A stretch of DNA of 64,000 nt from Psilocybe cubensis. Its lineage: Eukaryota. Location: the NCBI GenBank assembly GCA_017499595.2, contig CM039009.1, positions 2,480,001 to 2,544,000 of the forward strand, read 5' to 3'. Made by a program: the position numbers and the translations under genes. The notes under the pieces are model-generated. The model was given only the letters and a program-made list of their open reading frames with translations. It did no database searches and was not told where the DNA came from. Below are positions 37,551 to 50,070 of the stretch, piece after piece (positions within the stretch are counted from its first letter, which is position 1; each line of letters starts with the position of its first letter).

Positions 37551-39552
37551 ATGCACAGACTCTCAGCACCGACTTCTCGTTCTCTGCGCCGCGCCGCGTC
37601 GAAGGCTTCTTCGTCCAAGTTGACTAGCGCTGGTGCTACACAAACACGAAACGCGCACAAGGACATCAAGTTCTCCAATGACGGGCGTGCTGCTATTTTG
37701 AAGGGAGTGGATGTGCTTGCGAACGCGGTGCAGGTGACGCTTGGACCAAAGGGTCGCAATGTAATCATTGAGCAGGCGTACGGTGGACCAAAAATCACCA
37801 AGGGTGCGTTGTTTCGTGGTTCTGGGAGAGTGTTTGCTGACGAGGGTTTGGTTTTCGACAGACGGTGTAACGGTCGCAAAGTCTATAACTCTCAAAGACA
37901 AGTTTGAGAACCTGGGCGCTCGGTACGTCTTCCCATTTTCAATGTTTTCGTGCAGAGCGCTAAGTCGATTTGTGCAGCCTGATTCAAGACGTTGCCTCGA
38001 AAACAAACGAGATTGCCGGCGACGGCACAACAACCGCCACTGTTCTTGCGCGAGCCATCTACTCAGAAGGTGTCAAGAACGTTGCAGCTGGATGCAACCC
38101 CATGGACCTGCGCCGTGGGTCCCAGGCTGCCGTCGACCGCGTCGTCTCTTTCCTCTCCGCACACGCCAAAACAATCACGACAACCGCCGAAATCGCACAG
38201 GTCGCCACTATTTCCGCAAACGGCGACGCCCACGTTGGAGGATTGATTGCTCAGGCGATGGAGAAGGTCGGAAAGGAGGGTGTGATCACTGTGAAGGAGG
38301 GAAAGACGATTGAGGACGAGATTGAGATCACCGAGGGTATGCGCTTCGACCGTGGTTACATTTCACCCTACTTCATCACCAACACCAAGTCCCAACGCGT
38401 CGAGTTCGAGAAGCCCTTCATCCTGCTTTCAGAGAAGAAGATTTCGGCTCTTCAGGATATCCTCCCTGCCCTCGAGGCCGCGGCGCAGGCCAGACGCCCA
38501 CTGATCATCATTGCGGAGGACGTCGACGGCGAGGCTCTCGCTGCCTGCATCCTCAACAAGCTCCGTGGTCAGCTGCAGGTGTGCGCTGTCAAGGCTCCTG
38601 GGTTCGGAGACAACCGCAAGAGCATCCTCGGCGACCTTGCCATTCTCACTGGCGGAACTGTGTTCACGGACGAGCTCGATGTCAAGCTCGAGCGTGCGTC
38701 AGCGGAGATGCTCGGTTCAACTGGAAGCGTCACTGTCACCAAGGACGACACGATCATTCTCAACGGTGAAGGCGCGAAGGATCAGATCGCTGCGCGGTGC
38801 GAGCAGATCCGTGCCTTGATTGCGGACCCCACAACGGGCGACTTTGACCGCAGCAAGCTTCAAGAACGTCTTGCAAAGCTGAGCGGGGGTGTAGCTGTCA
38901 TCAAGGTGGGCGGAGCATCCGAGGTCGAGGTTGGCGAGAAGAAGGACAGGTACGACGACGCGCTCAACGCGACGCGCGCCGCTGTCGAGGAGGGTATCCT
39001 CCCCGGAGGCGGTGTTGCGCTCCTCAAGGCGTCGTTGCAGCTCGCGACGGCGAGTGCGCAGGCTGCGAGCACGAGCAGCCCTGTGAGTGGTGACGCGCAG
39101 CCTATTCGTACGGCCAACTTTGATCAGGAACTGGGTGTGGGTATTATCAGGCGTGCGCTTACGCAGCCTACGCGTGCCATCCTGAACAACGCGGGTGAGG
39201 AGAGTGCTGTTATCGTCGGTGCGCTGTTGAACCAGGGTGAGTGGTCTTGTTCACAATGTACATCTTGCACCATCTAACATTCCTTACAGGACCAACTGGC
39301 TACGGCAGCGCAGACAAGTTCTCCTGGGGCTACAACGCCGCCAAGGGCGAGTACGTCGACATGGTGCGCGAGGGTATCGTGGACCCATTGAAAGTCGTGC
39401 GCACGGCGTTGGTCGATGCAAGTGGCGTAGCGAGCTTGCTGTTCACGAGCGAGGCGTGCGTCGTTGACTCTCCCGAGGAGGAGAAGGCGGGTGCTGGTGG
39501 TATGGGTGGTATGGGCGGCATGGGCGGTATGGGTGGCATGGGTGGATTTTAG
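37551..39552 (+). CDS. HSP60: Mitochondrial chaperonin Hsp60 (GroEL family)
   Basis: Arg/Ser-rich presequence, [42 protein letters not shown] and a C-terminal GGM repeat; introns 37804-37861, 37923-37977 and 39237-39289. Confidence 0.98.
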
Positions 39553-41411
39553 AGGGTGAGATGGGTTATGGTTTTTGTTTTATTAATCACTTCCTCCTCC
39601 GACCCTTGTTATCCTTCGTCCCTCGCCGCATCTATCCCGCTTCTCTCGTTGCTTTTTTCTGCATATGTTTTCAGCATTCAGCATTTTTGCATTTTTCCTG
39701 TTTCGCATCGATCCATTATCCACTACTCCCCGCTCAGTCATATCTTCTTTTTTTATAAAGTATTTGTTACCATCGAAAAGTTGTTTACTCACTACTCGTG
39801 CTATTTTCCTTGCTAATGATTTTGTTTTTCTTTGGTGTGTGTGTTGTGGAACTTTGTGAGTTGAGTGTGGTGTTGCAGCCTTGATTAGACAAGTAATAAC
39901 GTAGTTCAATATGATATGATATGTTGTATGGTTTTATTCCATGCTTACTATTACTAGCACCCGCAAGCGAAAGTGCGTTGACAAAACGCGCAAATGCAAG
40001 TGCATGGGTGGTCAGTCTCATAGTGATTCTGTCTATGTGTATGCACTGGCTAGATATGACATGTAAGATAATTAAACAATGTAGTACCTAGTAAATTGAT
40101 TCGCTGTTTCTTTTCTACTATTCTGCCATTAGTGACTGACTGGCTTGGCCAGTGTCATGGAACCCTTTAATGAAAAGTGAGAAAAATGTCTGGAGGGAAC
40201 ACTCGTGAATGGGACATAAACGTGTATAATTTAAATTAAATGATGTCAATGCCATTCAATGGGTTGTTTTTCGAAGATACAAATAGTATAAAATGACCTT
40301 CTTTACACTCTACCAGTACTAGTATCTATTGGTTGCTGTTTTCATATCGTTTAAATATCTACCCGTCTTGTTTTGAAGCCACTGGGATTCTATGACAAAA
40401 TTTTCTTCGAATTATTTGGAATACACACTAGCATAAAGGTCTTCAACTCACCAGTGCCTTTCATTATCGTCGATACAAACAACAATTTAGTGGAAGGACA
40501 TTGTTAAACACGTGAAGAAAAATCTACAAAAAAGAAGCTACTGATCTGGTGAGGGACACTGTCAGTGAAGCTAAAATTCCGTTCTTGTCCAAACGGGCGC
40601 CATTGTTTCCCAAAAGTCTGATACCGTCATCATTCTGAGGGAACCGAAATCCCGTGTGATATATGGCATAACTGAGATGGATGAGTATGCAAAGGTGTGG
40701 TTTGAGGAACGATAAACGTGATTGCTGCATCGTGAAAAGAGCACTAGTGCGCATTGTAATCGTTCGCATGAATTGCCCTGAGGCTGGACTATCCCTAGGA
40801 AGAACATGCCGAGGGGGAGGGAGGGGGGAGCCTGTTGCGCTGATAGTGCAGATATAGGTTCCCTATTGGAAATTTAATCACAGCTCCAAAGTGAAAACAC
40901 AAAAGCGCTCACTTTAACAATGTAGCATGACCGAAACAACTTATGTCGATGACCAGAACTGGACAAGCTAAACCTGCTACGTCAGCGTCAGCAAATGGAA
41001 TTTGGAGATTTGAAAGTCTTTAGAGTCGCGCGTCAATCAAAATCCAACAAAGAGACGCTCGAGCCGTTTCTGACTAATACATTTTTCGCAGTCCGAGCCG
41101 TTTCTCAATTCCAATTTTCAATATCCGTGTTGCACTTAAACTACACAGTAGTAGCAGCCATTTCATTCGAGGAATAGTGGCTCAATCAGCGATCCCTCAG
41201 ATATTCAACTGGCTCCTAGCCAGTTAATTTATTAGGCATCATAAAAAATAAATAAACCAAGATTAGCACGCAGGGTTCGGAGCCGGATGGCGTATGTTCC
41301 CAGCCTCCTTTCGCACGCTCAGTACAGAAAAAAAGGGCACGATATTCTTTAGCTCAGTTACCAACAATCTCTATCTTCAGAGAAATTAACACTCAACACT
41401 GCCAACGTACT

Positions 41412-42774
41412 ATGTCCACAACTACCCACCCAGAGCTACCGATAGAAATTATCAACTCCATCATGGAGATCGCAGTTGTCATTCTTGATGCCCAATCAGT
41501 ATCATCGATAACGCTCCTCTCACACCACTTCCGTATCTTAGCCAACATACAACGTCTATCACATCTTGATTTTGACAGCGGAACCATTCGGAAGCTGCAC
41601 CAGCTCCATGGACTGGCAACTCTCATCGAAGAGGCAGCTGGGTACTCGATGCGTGGTATACACACTTTCATTGCCTCAATCTACATCCACATCCAAGAAG
41701 AGTGCGATGCATACCAAATGCAGGCCAATGTTACGATTTTGAACCACTTATTCAGGGATGATGCTTTATTGGCCACGCCCATTCGAAAGCTGTCACTTTA
41801 TTTAACCAATATTACAGGATTGTTTGCCGTGGAACCCGCAATGGAGGCGTCGTTCAGGTCATTGCTCAAAGAATCGCACATCAACTTCTTAGAGCTATAT
41901 TACTCAGACGACATACCATTCGACCTTCTACAGGAGTCAAAAATCGAACATCTATCACTACTTTGTGTGGGTGGATTGTACAAGCCTTATAACCGGCCCA
42001 AGGCATTGATACCTATCTATCTCAAATCGTTCTCCATTTCCTTGTATCCCACCACTGCTCTTGAAATACACGATCTTTTGGTTTTACTTGGGTTGTCCAG
42101 ATCCAACCCTTTTCCACACCTGACTTCGCTGTCTATATCTACAGCACTGATAACTTTCGGAACCGAATTGCTTAAATTGACAAAGTGTCTGGAGACACTG
42201 ACATTGGACTGTGCAGAGGAAACATTCAGATGTAAGTCTCTGGCGCTGTATGAGTATCCACATTCATATACATGTTTTTTTTTCAGTCATGGCTGAAAGT
42301 CTGAATCCTGGGAAGAATTTATTTGATTCCCAGCTGTTCCGCCATTTGAAGTTTCTCAACATCAATTACAGATTGCACGCTAGGCATCTTGGTCCAGATG
42401 GGCCGTTGGCAGGTTCCTTGGTCGGGCAGTCACTCCCTCCTCAGCTCGAAAAGCTTTGCATAACATTACGACTTGAAGATATGATACTGGATACTCTAAC
42501 CGGCCCAGACTATGGCCATTTGGATGAAGGTGTGCTACTTAAAGAGGCAGTCTCCTGGGATGAGAACTTGTCCTCCCCGGTGTACAGGAGCAGGAAAGAT
42601 TTTGTGGTGCAAATGAATGTTCGCATACATTGTTACTTCGCAGCGACAAAATACTCCTCCCCCATTTGGCAGGACCATTGGCGCCAGAAATTTAATTCTG
42701 CATTCTGGCGGTGTCAATCGTCTCTTACACACTTCTTTCTGTCCATCTACACAACTTCCACCGCATATGATTGA
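41412..42774 (+). CDS. F-box-like/LRR-like family paralog 3
   Basis: LPIEIINSIMEIA; intron 42232-42286; full-length similarity to the other paralogs. Confidence 0.87.
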
Positions 42775-43371
42775 GGCTAGGATTGTATGATACAAAGGTT
42801 CTCCTAAGACATTTCTGTTCGCGCCATTGCAGCTATGGATGCTGAAGTCATTGATGGTAGGCATGGGGGTATAAAATACCATACCTCAACTCATAGTCAT
42901 TCTATCGTCCACATTTTTTAATATAAAATCAAGTTTAACGCAAAGATACTCCAGGATTGGTCGATACAGAAATTGATACCGTAATCTTTTACAACTCCTT
43001 CACAGGGTAGGACAGAACAGAAAAAAGATCACATTTGGGTCATGGTAGGAACATGGTGACATCAGTGCATATAGCGGTGACTGGATTCGAACACGGTGAG
43101 AACGACCCATCTGACCCATGGGGTAATCCCGACGCACCTGTTGAACAATGGGCATCGCCTTCATGATGATATATAATCCAGCCTGCGCCCCATGCCCCAC
43201 GTGGAGCATGAATTCTCCCAGGATGGTGGTTATTCTTGATACCCTTTCGCACGTTGATTGCTCAAAACAGTGAATGATATTGTTTAATCTTCGATATATC
43301 ACTGCTCCTGACTTCTGCGGTCAGAAGAATCTAAGACCAAACACTACAGACGTACCCTGGCCACCACGTCC

Positions 43372-44686
43372 ATGACAGACCTTCCTATAGAAATTATCAA
43401 CACCATCATGGAGATCGCAGTCACCACTCTTGATCCCCAATCAGTGTCATCGATAACGCTCCTCTCACAACACTTCCGTACCATAGCCAACGAAAAACGC
43501 TACTCTCAGATTGGGTTCGACAATGAAAGCTTTTGGAACGACCTCCCCCAATTGGCAACTCTGATTGAGGAAGCAGGTGGATACCAAATACGTGGAATAC
43601 ACACATTTATCACCTCGCTCCATATCTGGATACCGGATAAATGCTATGCAGAAGCATTACTACCCTACGTTACAATCTTCAATCACCTATTCAAAGATGA
43701 TGCCATGCTGTGTACGCCTATTCGAAAGCTGTCCATTTCCGTGACCAACTTTGCAGCAGCGTTGTGCATATCTTCCCCCCTAGATGTTTCGCTCAGGTTG
43801 CTGTTCAGGAACTCTCACATCAACCTCTTGGAAATGTTTTCCGCAACAAATATACCTTATGACCTTCTACACGGGTCAAATATTGAACATCTGGTCCTTT
43901 CGTTCGTGGGTGGGTTGGCAGAATACACCATTGTTAAAAAATTGGATCCAGTTTATCTCAAGTTAATCTCAATTACAAACTCACAACTTGAAGTAGCCGA
44001 TCTCCTGGTATTACTTGGGATTCAGGAATCCATTGGTTTTACTTCTCTGATTTCTCTCACCATATCAACCCAATTTGTCTCATTCGCAACACAGCTACTG
44101 CATCTATCACATTGTCTGGAGACATTGACACTCAATTTCTCAGAGGAAGTGGCCTCAAGTAAGTCGTCTCTCTCCTTTCCATGTCCATCCATTTGAAACC
44201 GGTCTGCTAGGCGCACATAAAACTCCTAAAAAACCTGTTTTCAACTATGATTTGCTGCCTCATTTTAAGTGCCTTAACATACATCACCAATTGGGCGCAT
44301 TCCGTTATAATCAACCAGCACCGCCTACAATCCACCTGCTAGGATACTTGCTACCATTGCAACTCAAAAAGCTTTGCATAGAGATTAGATTTGAGGACAT
44401 AGTGAATAAAGCAGACCATGGCCATCTGCAGTTATCTGTTCTCCTTAATGATGCAGTCGCCTGGGATGAACATTTGTTGACACTGGTGTGCGGAACCATG
44501 CAACACCTCGTCGTACAGATCAATGCTCAGCTACACCGTCATTTCGAGTCGATAACATATGAATCACCGAACTGGAGAGATTACATACGGGAGAAATTTG
44601 TATCTGCCTTCCCGAGGTGTCGAGCTTCACTTGCGCATTTCTATGTGTCCATTGATATAACGTCGTCTGTGTTTATTTATGATTAG
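43372..44686 (+). CDS. F-box-like/LRR-like family paralog 4
   Basis: LPIEIINTIMEIA; intron 44159-44210 restores the frame into ...YDLLPHFKCLNI... Confidence 0.85.
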
Positions 44687-45201
44687 GGATATAGGGACAA
44701 AATAGAATAAAACCTACAAGTCATCTTTTGATGGGAGCTTTTAGCATTCGGAGTGTGATTTATAACTCCGTATTCAACTCACGAGTGACCTTAGGAGCCT
44801 GTATTATCTTTGGAAATTATGATAACCCTGCGCTGCGCACCGAGCCAGCTTTAGGAGTGCCGGGAGCTGCCACCGTACGCTTACGCACGCACACGGCCAG
44901 CTCCATAGACGACTATGAAGGCAAATATCACTAGCTTAGATGATATATATATCATAAATACTATACAATTCATGATAGTGTAACCACTGGCTCGTCGATT
45001 CAGATGGTATTGAGATTGAAGGCTGCCCACCGTACACAAACTTGAATCACAAACACAACCTCATTGATGGAGCGAGGTGAGTTTATTATCCAGTGCTTCA
45101 GGTTCCCAGAGATCATTGTATCCTTAATCTTCTCATTCTAGATACTTATTTTGAACAACATGAATGAATTAAAGAGGAACGATGAGAAAACATGAACAAG
45201 A

Positions 45202-46800
45202 TTATTTCTTGCTCCGGAAAAGTCCTATCGAGTGTTGGCCGCCGCATGATATGGCTGCAGCAAACCATGAGCCACCGTCTTTGCGCACTACAAGTTGTGG
45301 TGTTTCTGCTTCTTTCTTATCTCCTAGACCTAGTTCTCCTTGAATCCCCTGTCCCCACGAGTACAGTGCTCCTCCTCTTGTCACAGCCGAGTTGTTATGA
45401 ACACCACATGATATCTGAACGACTGGATCGCCAGGATCTGGGAAAGAAACCAGCACAGGTTCCGAAACAAAGTCAGGATGTGTCCTATCGTTGAAAGTCG
45501 GGTGGTCAGCAGGAAGTACAAGTTGACCACTGTCTGAACGACCACATGAATAGACCTTCCCTGATTTCAGTAGGAATAGAGTATGGTGGTAACCTCCGGC
45601 AATTTGAATCACAGAGTCATTACCAAGCATTTGTTTGCTCAGCCTCTGAATCTTCTTGGGCAGTTGCACGACAGAGTCCTCTGACGAAGCATAGCCTGTT
45701 CCCGTTTGGCCCATGCTGTTCAGTCCCCATCCCCAGACGTCGCCTGTCTCGTCAACAGCAAAAGAATGAAAGTTTCCAGCGCCGACAAGAGTAGCCTTGC
45801 GAGTTTGTGTTCCAAGAATGACTTTCTCTGGTACTGTGCCATGAATCTTATGACGCTCCAAGACCCTTCTTCCTAGTTCATAGTCCTCTCCAGCTCCCCA
45901 AGAGTAGATGTGTCTGTGCGTTGTTAGCACAAGCAGGTGGTTATCTCCTGCAGCGATTGAGGAGACCCTCTCAAAATCTCCAGGTCTACGGCTAAGTTCT
46001 AGAATGGGCACAGGCTTAAATTGATGTCGAAGTCCGCTGGAGAAACCGAGAGATCCTTCATTGGCCTAAATTGGTTATAAAATGAGCTTATATGATAAGA
46101 AACTTCCTCTCATTGAATTGATGGCGAAGTCTGCTGGAGAAACCAAGAGATCCTTCATTGGCCTAAATTAGTTATAAAATGAGTCATAAGAAACCTCTCA
46201 CATTGAAGACCTACTCGGAATGAGCCCCACACTCGTAATTCACCTTTGTCGCTGACTGCGGCGCAAATATTATCACCAGAAGCAGCCTTAACAGCACGGA
46301 AACCCTCGTCAACCAGTGACTGCAAGGGATGAGGCACGGCGCTTAGATCGTCAACGCTCAAGAAGGAACCGGGATTTTCACGGTCCGGAATGCCTTGGGT
46401 GATTCAACCAAGGGCAGCGTCATCGTTCACGCCGCAAGTCCAAATCTAGATATGATGAGCAGTGTAAGAAACTAACAATGTGATGTGCAGAAAATAGTCA
46501 TACTGTTCCCCTCTCATCAATGAAGATGGTATGCATACCACCGGCCACGACAGATTCAATCCCACCATTGTCATCACCGAACACATCATTTTCCATCTGT
46601 TTGATTGCCCAAGCATTTTTCTTGGGTTTGGAAAAATCACCGAGAGCATCAGCACCCATTCCTAGCTGACCAAAGTTTCCTGCACCCCATGCAAAGGGAA
46701 CTAGCCCCGGTCGATGATGTTGAGGAGGGGAAGGCAGCTGATTAAGATAGGGCACGACTTGTACATGCTGCGTTGCCTGCATTTTGCCGACCGGTAAAAA
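45202..46800 (-). pseudogene. RCC1 (Ran GEF; Pim1/Prp20-like) beta-propeller pseudogene
   Basis: RCC1 repeats (AWGAGNFGQLGMG, VVAGGMHT, IAAGDNH, YSWGAG, WGWGLNSMGQTG, IAGGYHH, ISCGGQH); in-frame TGA at 46404-46406 (LG*IT, expected LGRIT); ~97-bp tandem duplication of an intron/exon junction; N-terminus not evident. Confidence 0.8.
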
Positions 46801-47124
46801 TTTGGGATTTGAAGCAATTTAATGGTGCTGGATTTTTACTGCATATTGTGGTCATGATATAGAGAAGTGGGGGATGTGCTACAATGGATGGAGGTTGGGG
46901 CATCAACTTAAATAATATTTCTTTGCCGGACATCAGAACCGATGGGAAACCAACAGCCAAGAATAGTACGTGACTCACGGATTCTGGTTGCACCGCCCTT
47001 AAGCTTCATAGGCTTTCTCTTTCTATCGCCTGCTCCCCCTTCATTCATTGTGTGAGGAGATATTTACATTTCTGGAGACATGCCCTCACTTCTGGTACTA
47101 ATTTGCATTGCAAGGGTACAAGAA

Positions 47125-47816
47125 GGGCACTGGAAAATGTCAGTGCAATGTCAGTGCGGTCAGTGCATGTCAGTGTATACCACAGTAATGTCAGTGCAAT
47201 GTCAGTGCAGACTGCAGTGATGTCAGTGAAATGTCAGTGCATGTTTCCAATAATCTATAAGTTGGTCATGGTGTGTCAGTACATGCCTGTGCGTGCAGGG
47301 TTATGTTAGTGCATTGGTTAGTTCATCGTGATGGTGTGGTGGCAAAATTTACCAGAGGAAACTCATACAGTCTACTTACCTAAAATTGTGTTCTTCATTT
47401 GAAATAAAAGATAACATGATTATAAGGTAAAAACTATGTCAGTGCATCGTCAGTGCACCATTAATGAAGGTCAGTGTATGTCAGTGCATGTGAGTGCACC
47501 GTCAGTGCATGTCAGTGCAAAGTCAGTGCAATTGCTTGGCGGTCAGTGCATGTGTCAGTGCATCAACTCTTGGTATTCAGTATAGAGATAATTCTAGGAG
47601 GATAGTAGATTTCTAGACACTTATAATACATTCAAAATCCGTCTAAGTAATCCTGCACTGAACACAGTTTCATTTTATATAAGTACAGACTTCAACTTTT
47701 TCACAAATCCTAAGTGATGTCAGTGCATGTCAGTGCATAGACATTATATTGTCAGCGCATGTCAGTGCCGACGTGCACTTACATGCACTGACATGCACTG
47801 ACATTTCTTGTTGCCC
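47125..47816. mobile_element. Mutator-like (MULE) non-autonomous element/MITE, 692 bp
   Basis: 9-bp TSD GTACAAGAA (47116-47124 and 47817-47825); GGGCA...TGCCC termini with imperfect TIRs; many internal ATGTCAGTGC repeats, inverted at the right end. Confidence 0.85.
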
Positions 47817-47999
47817 GTACAAGAATAATGCAGTTTGATCATACTGTTGCTGTTTTGTGATGATTCTTATGTCGTCAAAGATCCTGAAGGGTATTCTGAA
47901 CAAAGATGCAACCGACCTTTGTAAGTCCTCCGCGGACCCTAAGACCATCCCAAATTATGTCCTCAATTCGGAATTTGATCCAGCGCCGGTAAAAATGCT

Positions 48000-49230
48000 A
48001 TATATGCAGCAAACAGTCTTGAAAGGTGTCATCCGCTATCTGCAACTGTACCACCATATTGCAATTTTCAGTTAAGACTCAACATGTTGTAATCAGTGCA
48101 AATCTTAATTCATCGATGCTTCATAATTTATTGCTGGGTGACTATCCTTCAAACTCGCCAGGAAAACTTTGTCTTATTTAATTTGTCTAGGAATCTATAC
48201 ATCTCTGTATGCTACCACAGTATATGTTTATTGTTTGTGATCCGCCATATAGAACAGCGAGAGATGCATATATTGATAGAAGGTTCAATTATTTACAGGG
48301 AACAGAAGTCGGATTGTCTTGGGAACAATATCCGCGCTCTATTTATTTAATTTTATAAACTTTGTTGACCAGTGGTATTCTGTCAATTGGACCTTTATTG
48401 TCGACACAGATACAGAGAATTCGGTCTTTTTGTCATTTTTGGAATCACCGCAATGGGTCAGTGTAGTGACGAGTCTGACACAGTGCATGCTATTTGTTGT
48501 TTCTGATGGGCTTCTGGTCTGTACCATATAGCTGAGGTATGCGAAGGGCGAGAAAGTACTGAACTTTCCACTACAGATTTGGAGGTGCTACCATTTATGG
48601 GGACAATCCATAAGAATTATTTCAATTCCTTCCATGTTGCTATTGGCAGAACTCGGTACGTGTTTTCCTGGTTCTTTTCTTAGGAATCAACGACTCTTAT
48701 AAATGTCCTCTATAAGGGATTGCTATACCTACCCTAATCTACCCCTCCACTGTCTTTCAACCCACCAGCTTAAATTTCACCACAGGAAATAAATTAGCAT
48801 GTACGCTATCTCTCGTGTCCCTTTCCACCACCGCAACTGTGACGTTTCTGATTGGATACAAGATACACATTGCTTCTAGAGGCCTAATAGGTTGAGCGAG
48901 GATGCAATATCAACATATTATCGTGATCCTCGTTGAATCATCTGCCTTTTATTCATTGGTAATGCTTACTGAAGCTGTAATCAATATTTTCCCTGTGTTT
49001 GGATTCCTGAATCCTTCTTGGTGTGAAGGAAGCTATTATAACACCACTGCTATAGTCATTGCTGCGGTACGAGTTTTATTGATTTTGTATGCCATAATAC
49101 CTCTTGACAAATTTCAAGGGGCTCACGCCAACTATTATGGTTCTGCAAATTGCTGTTCCCCACCAGAGCAATGACCTCTTGTATGATACAGCACAAACAG
49201 ATCTGTAACAATTGGTCATATGTATGCTGT
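48000..49230 (+). pseudogene. Agaricomycete multi-pass (7TM-like) membrane protein, degenerate
   Basis: Motifs VSDGLL|IWRCYHLW...IP..LL.AE and ILVESSAFYSL; in-frame TGA at 48893-48895 (IG*ARMQY). 5' boundary approximate. Confidence 0.6.
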
Positions 49231-50070
49231 TAATCAAGGAAATAGAGTGATATATCATTCAATTTATCATCAAAGTGGTGATGCCATCTTTGATGTGTCT
49301 TTTGTTGTTACCACTATGGATTGTTGATCCGTACCATGGACACCACTCAAACCACACCCTCATAAAATATACCTTTGGAAAGAAAATTTACTGCTCAGAA
49401 CATAATTGACTAGATAAGCATCTATATCCTTCACCTGTGCAGAAATAATTATCTATGGTATATTTAAATACCTTATGATGCGTCACGGGCCATGCCCGTT
49501 CAAAAAAAAACAAAATCCCTTCCGCGGCCCCAGTCCCATACTACTGCTCATCAACATCAACCACAAGTGCAACGGCCATAATGACGAGCAGTACAAGGGC
49601 CCAGGTGGGCACAGAGATGGTGTAGGAGGGCAGAGGATGATAAAACTCACTGGACTTTGTTTAAACATCGGTCTATGACATAAAAGGGCTGTTTAATCCC
49701 ACGTGGGGTTTAAACCATGTTCATTCAAGTCTCTCTAGTCTATTTTGAACCATGTACTAGTTAGCTCTGAAATCATATACGGTTGGTGTACAAAAAAGTA
49801 GTCTATTAAAACAAAAATGACATAGAGACAAAGTAAAGTTAGAAGCATTCATCGCTGTTTAAACACAATCGACAATTAAACAGTCCAAAAAATTAAGCAA
49901 TGTTTAAATGAACTGGTAAAATTAAACAGCTACAAAGGAATAAACAATGTTGAAGACGACAGAGAAGATTAAACAGCAACCACAATTAAACGCTTTTTAA
50001 ACCTGCGATGGATTCAACAATGTTTAAAACTAAGATACAAATAAACGATGTTAATTGGGGCGAGGTGGAT

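Noticed and set aside
37551-39552. Bacterial groEL or horizontal transfer
   Set aside because: It has spliceosomal introns, a mitochondrial presequence and an HSE; the higher GC fits codon bias of a highly expressed gene.
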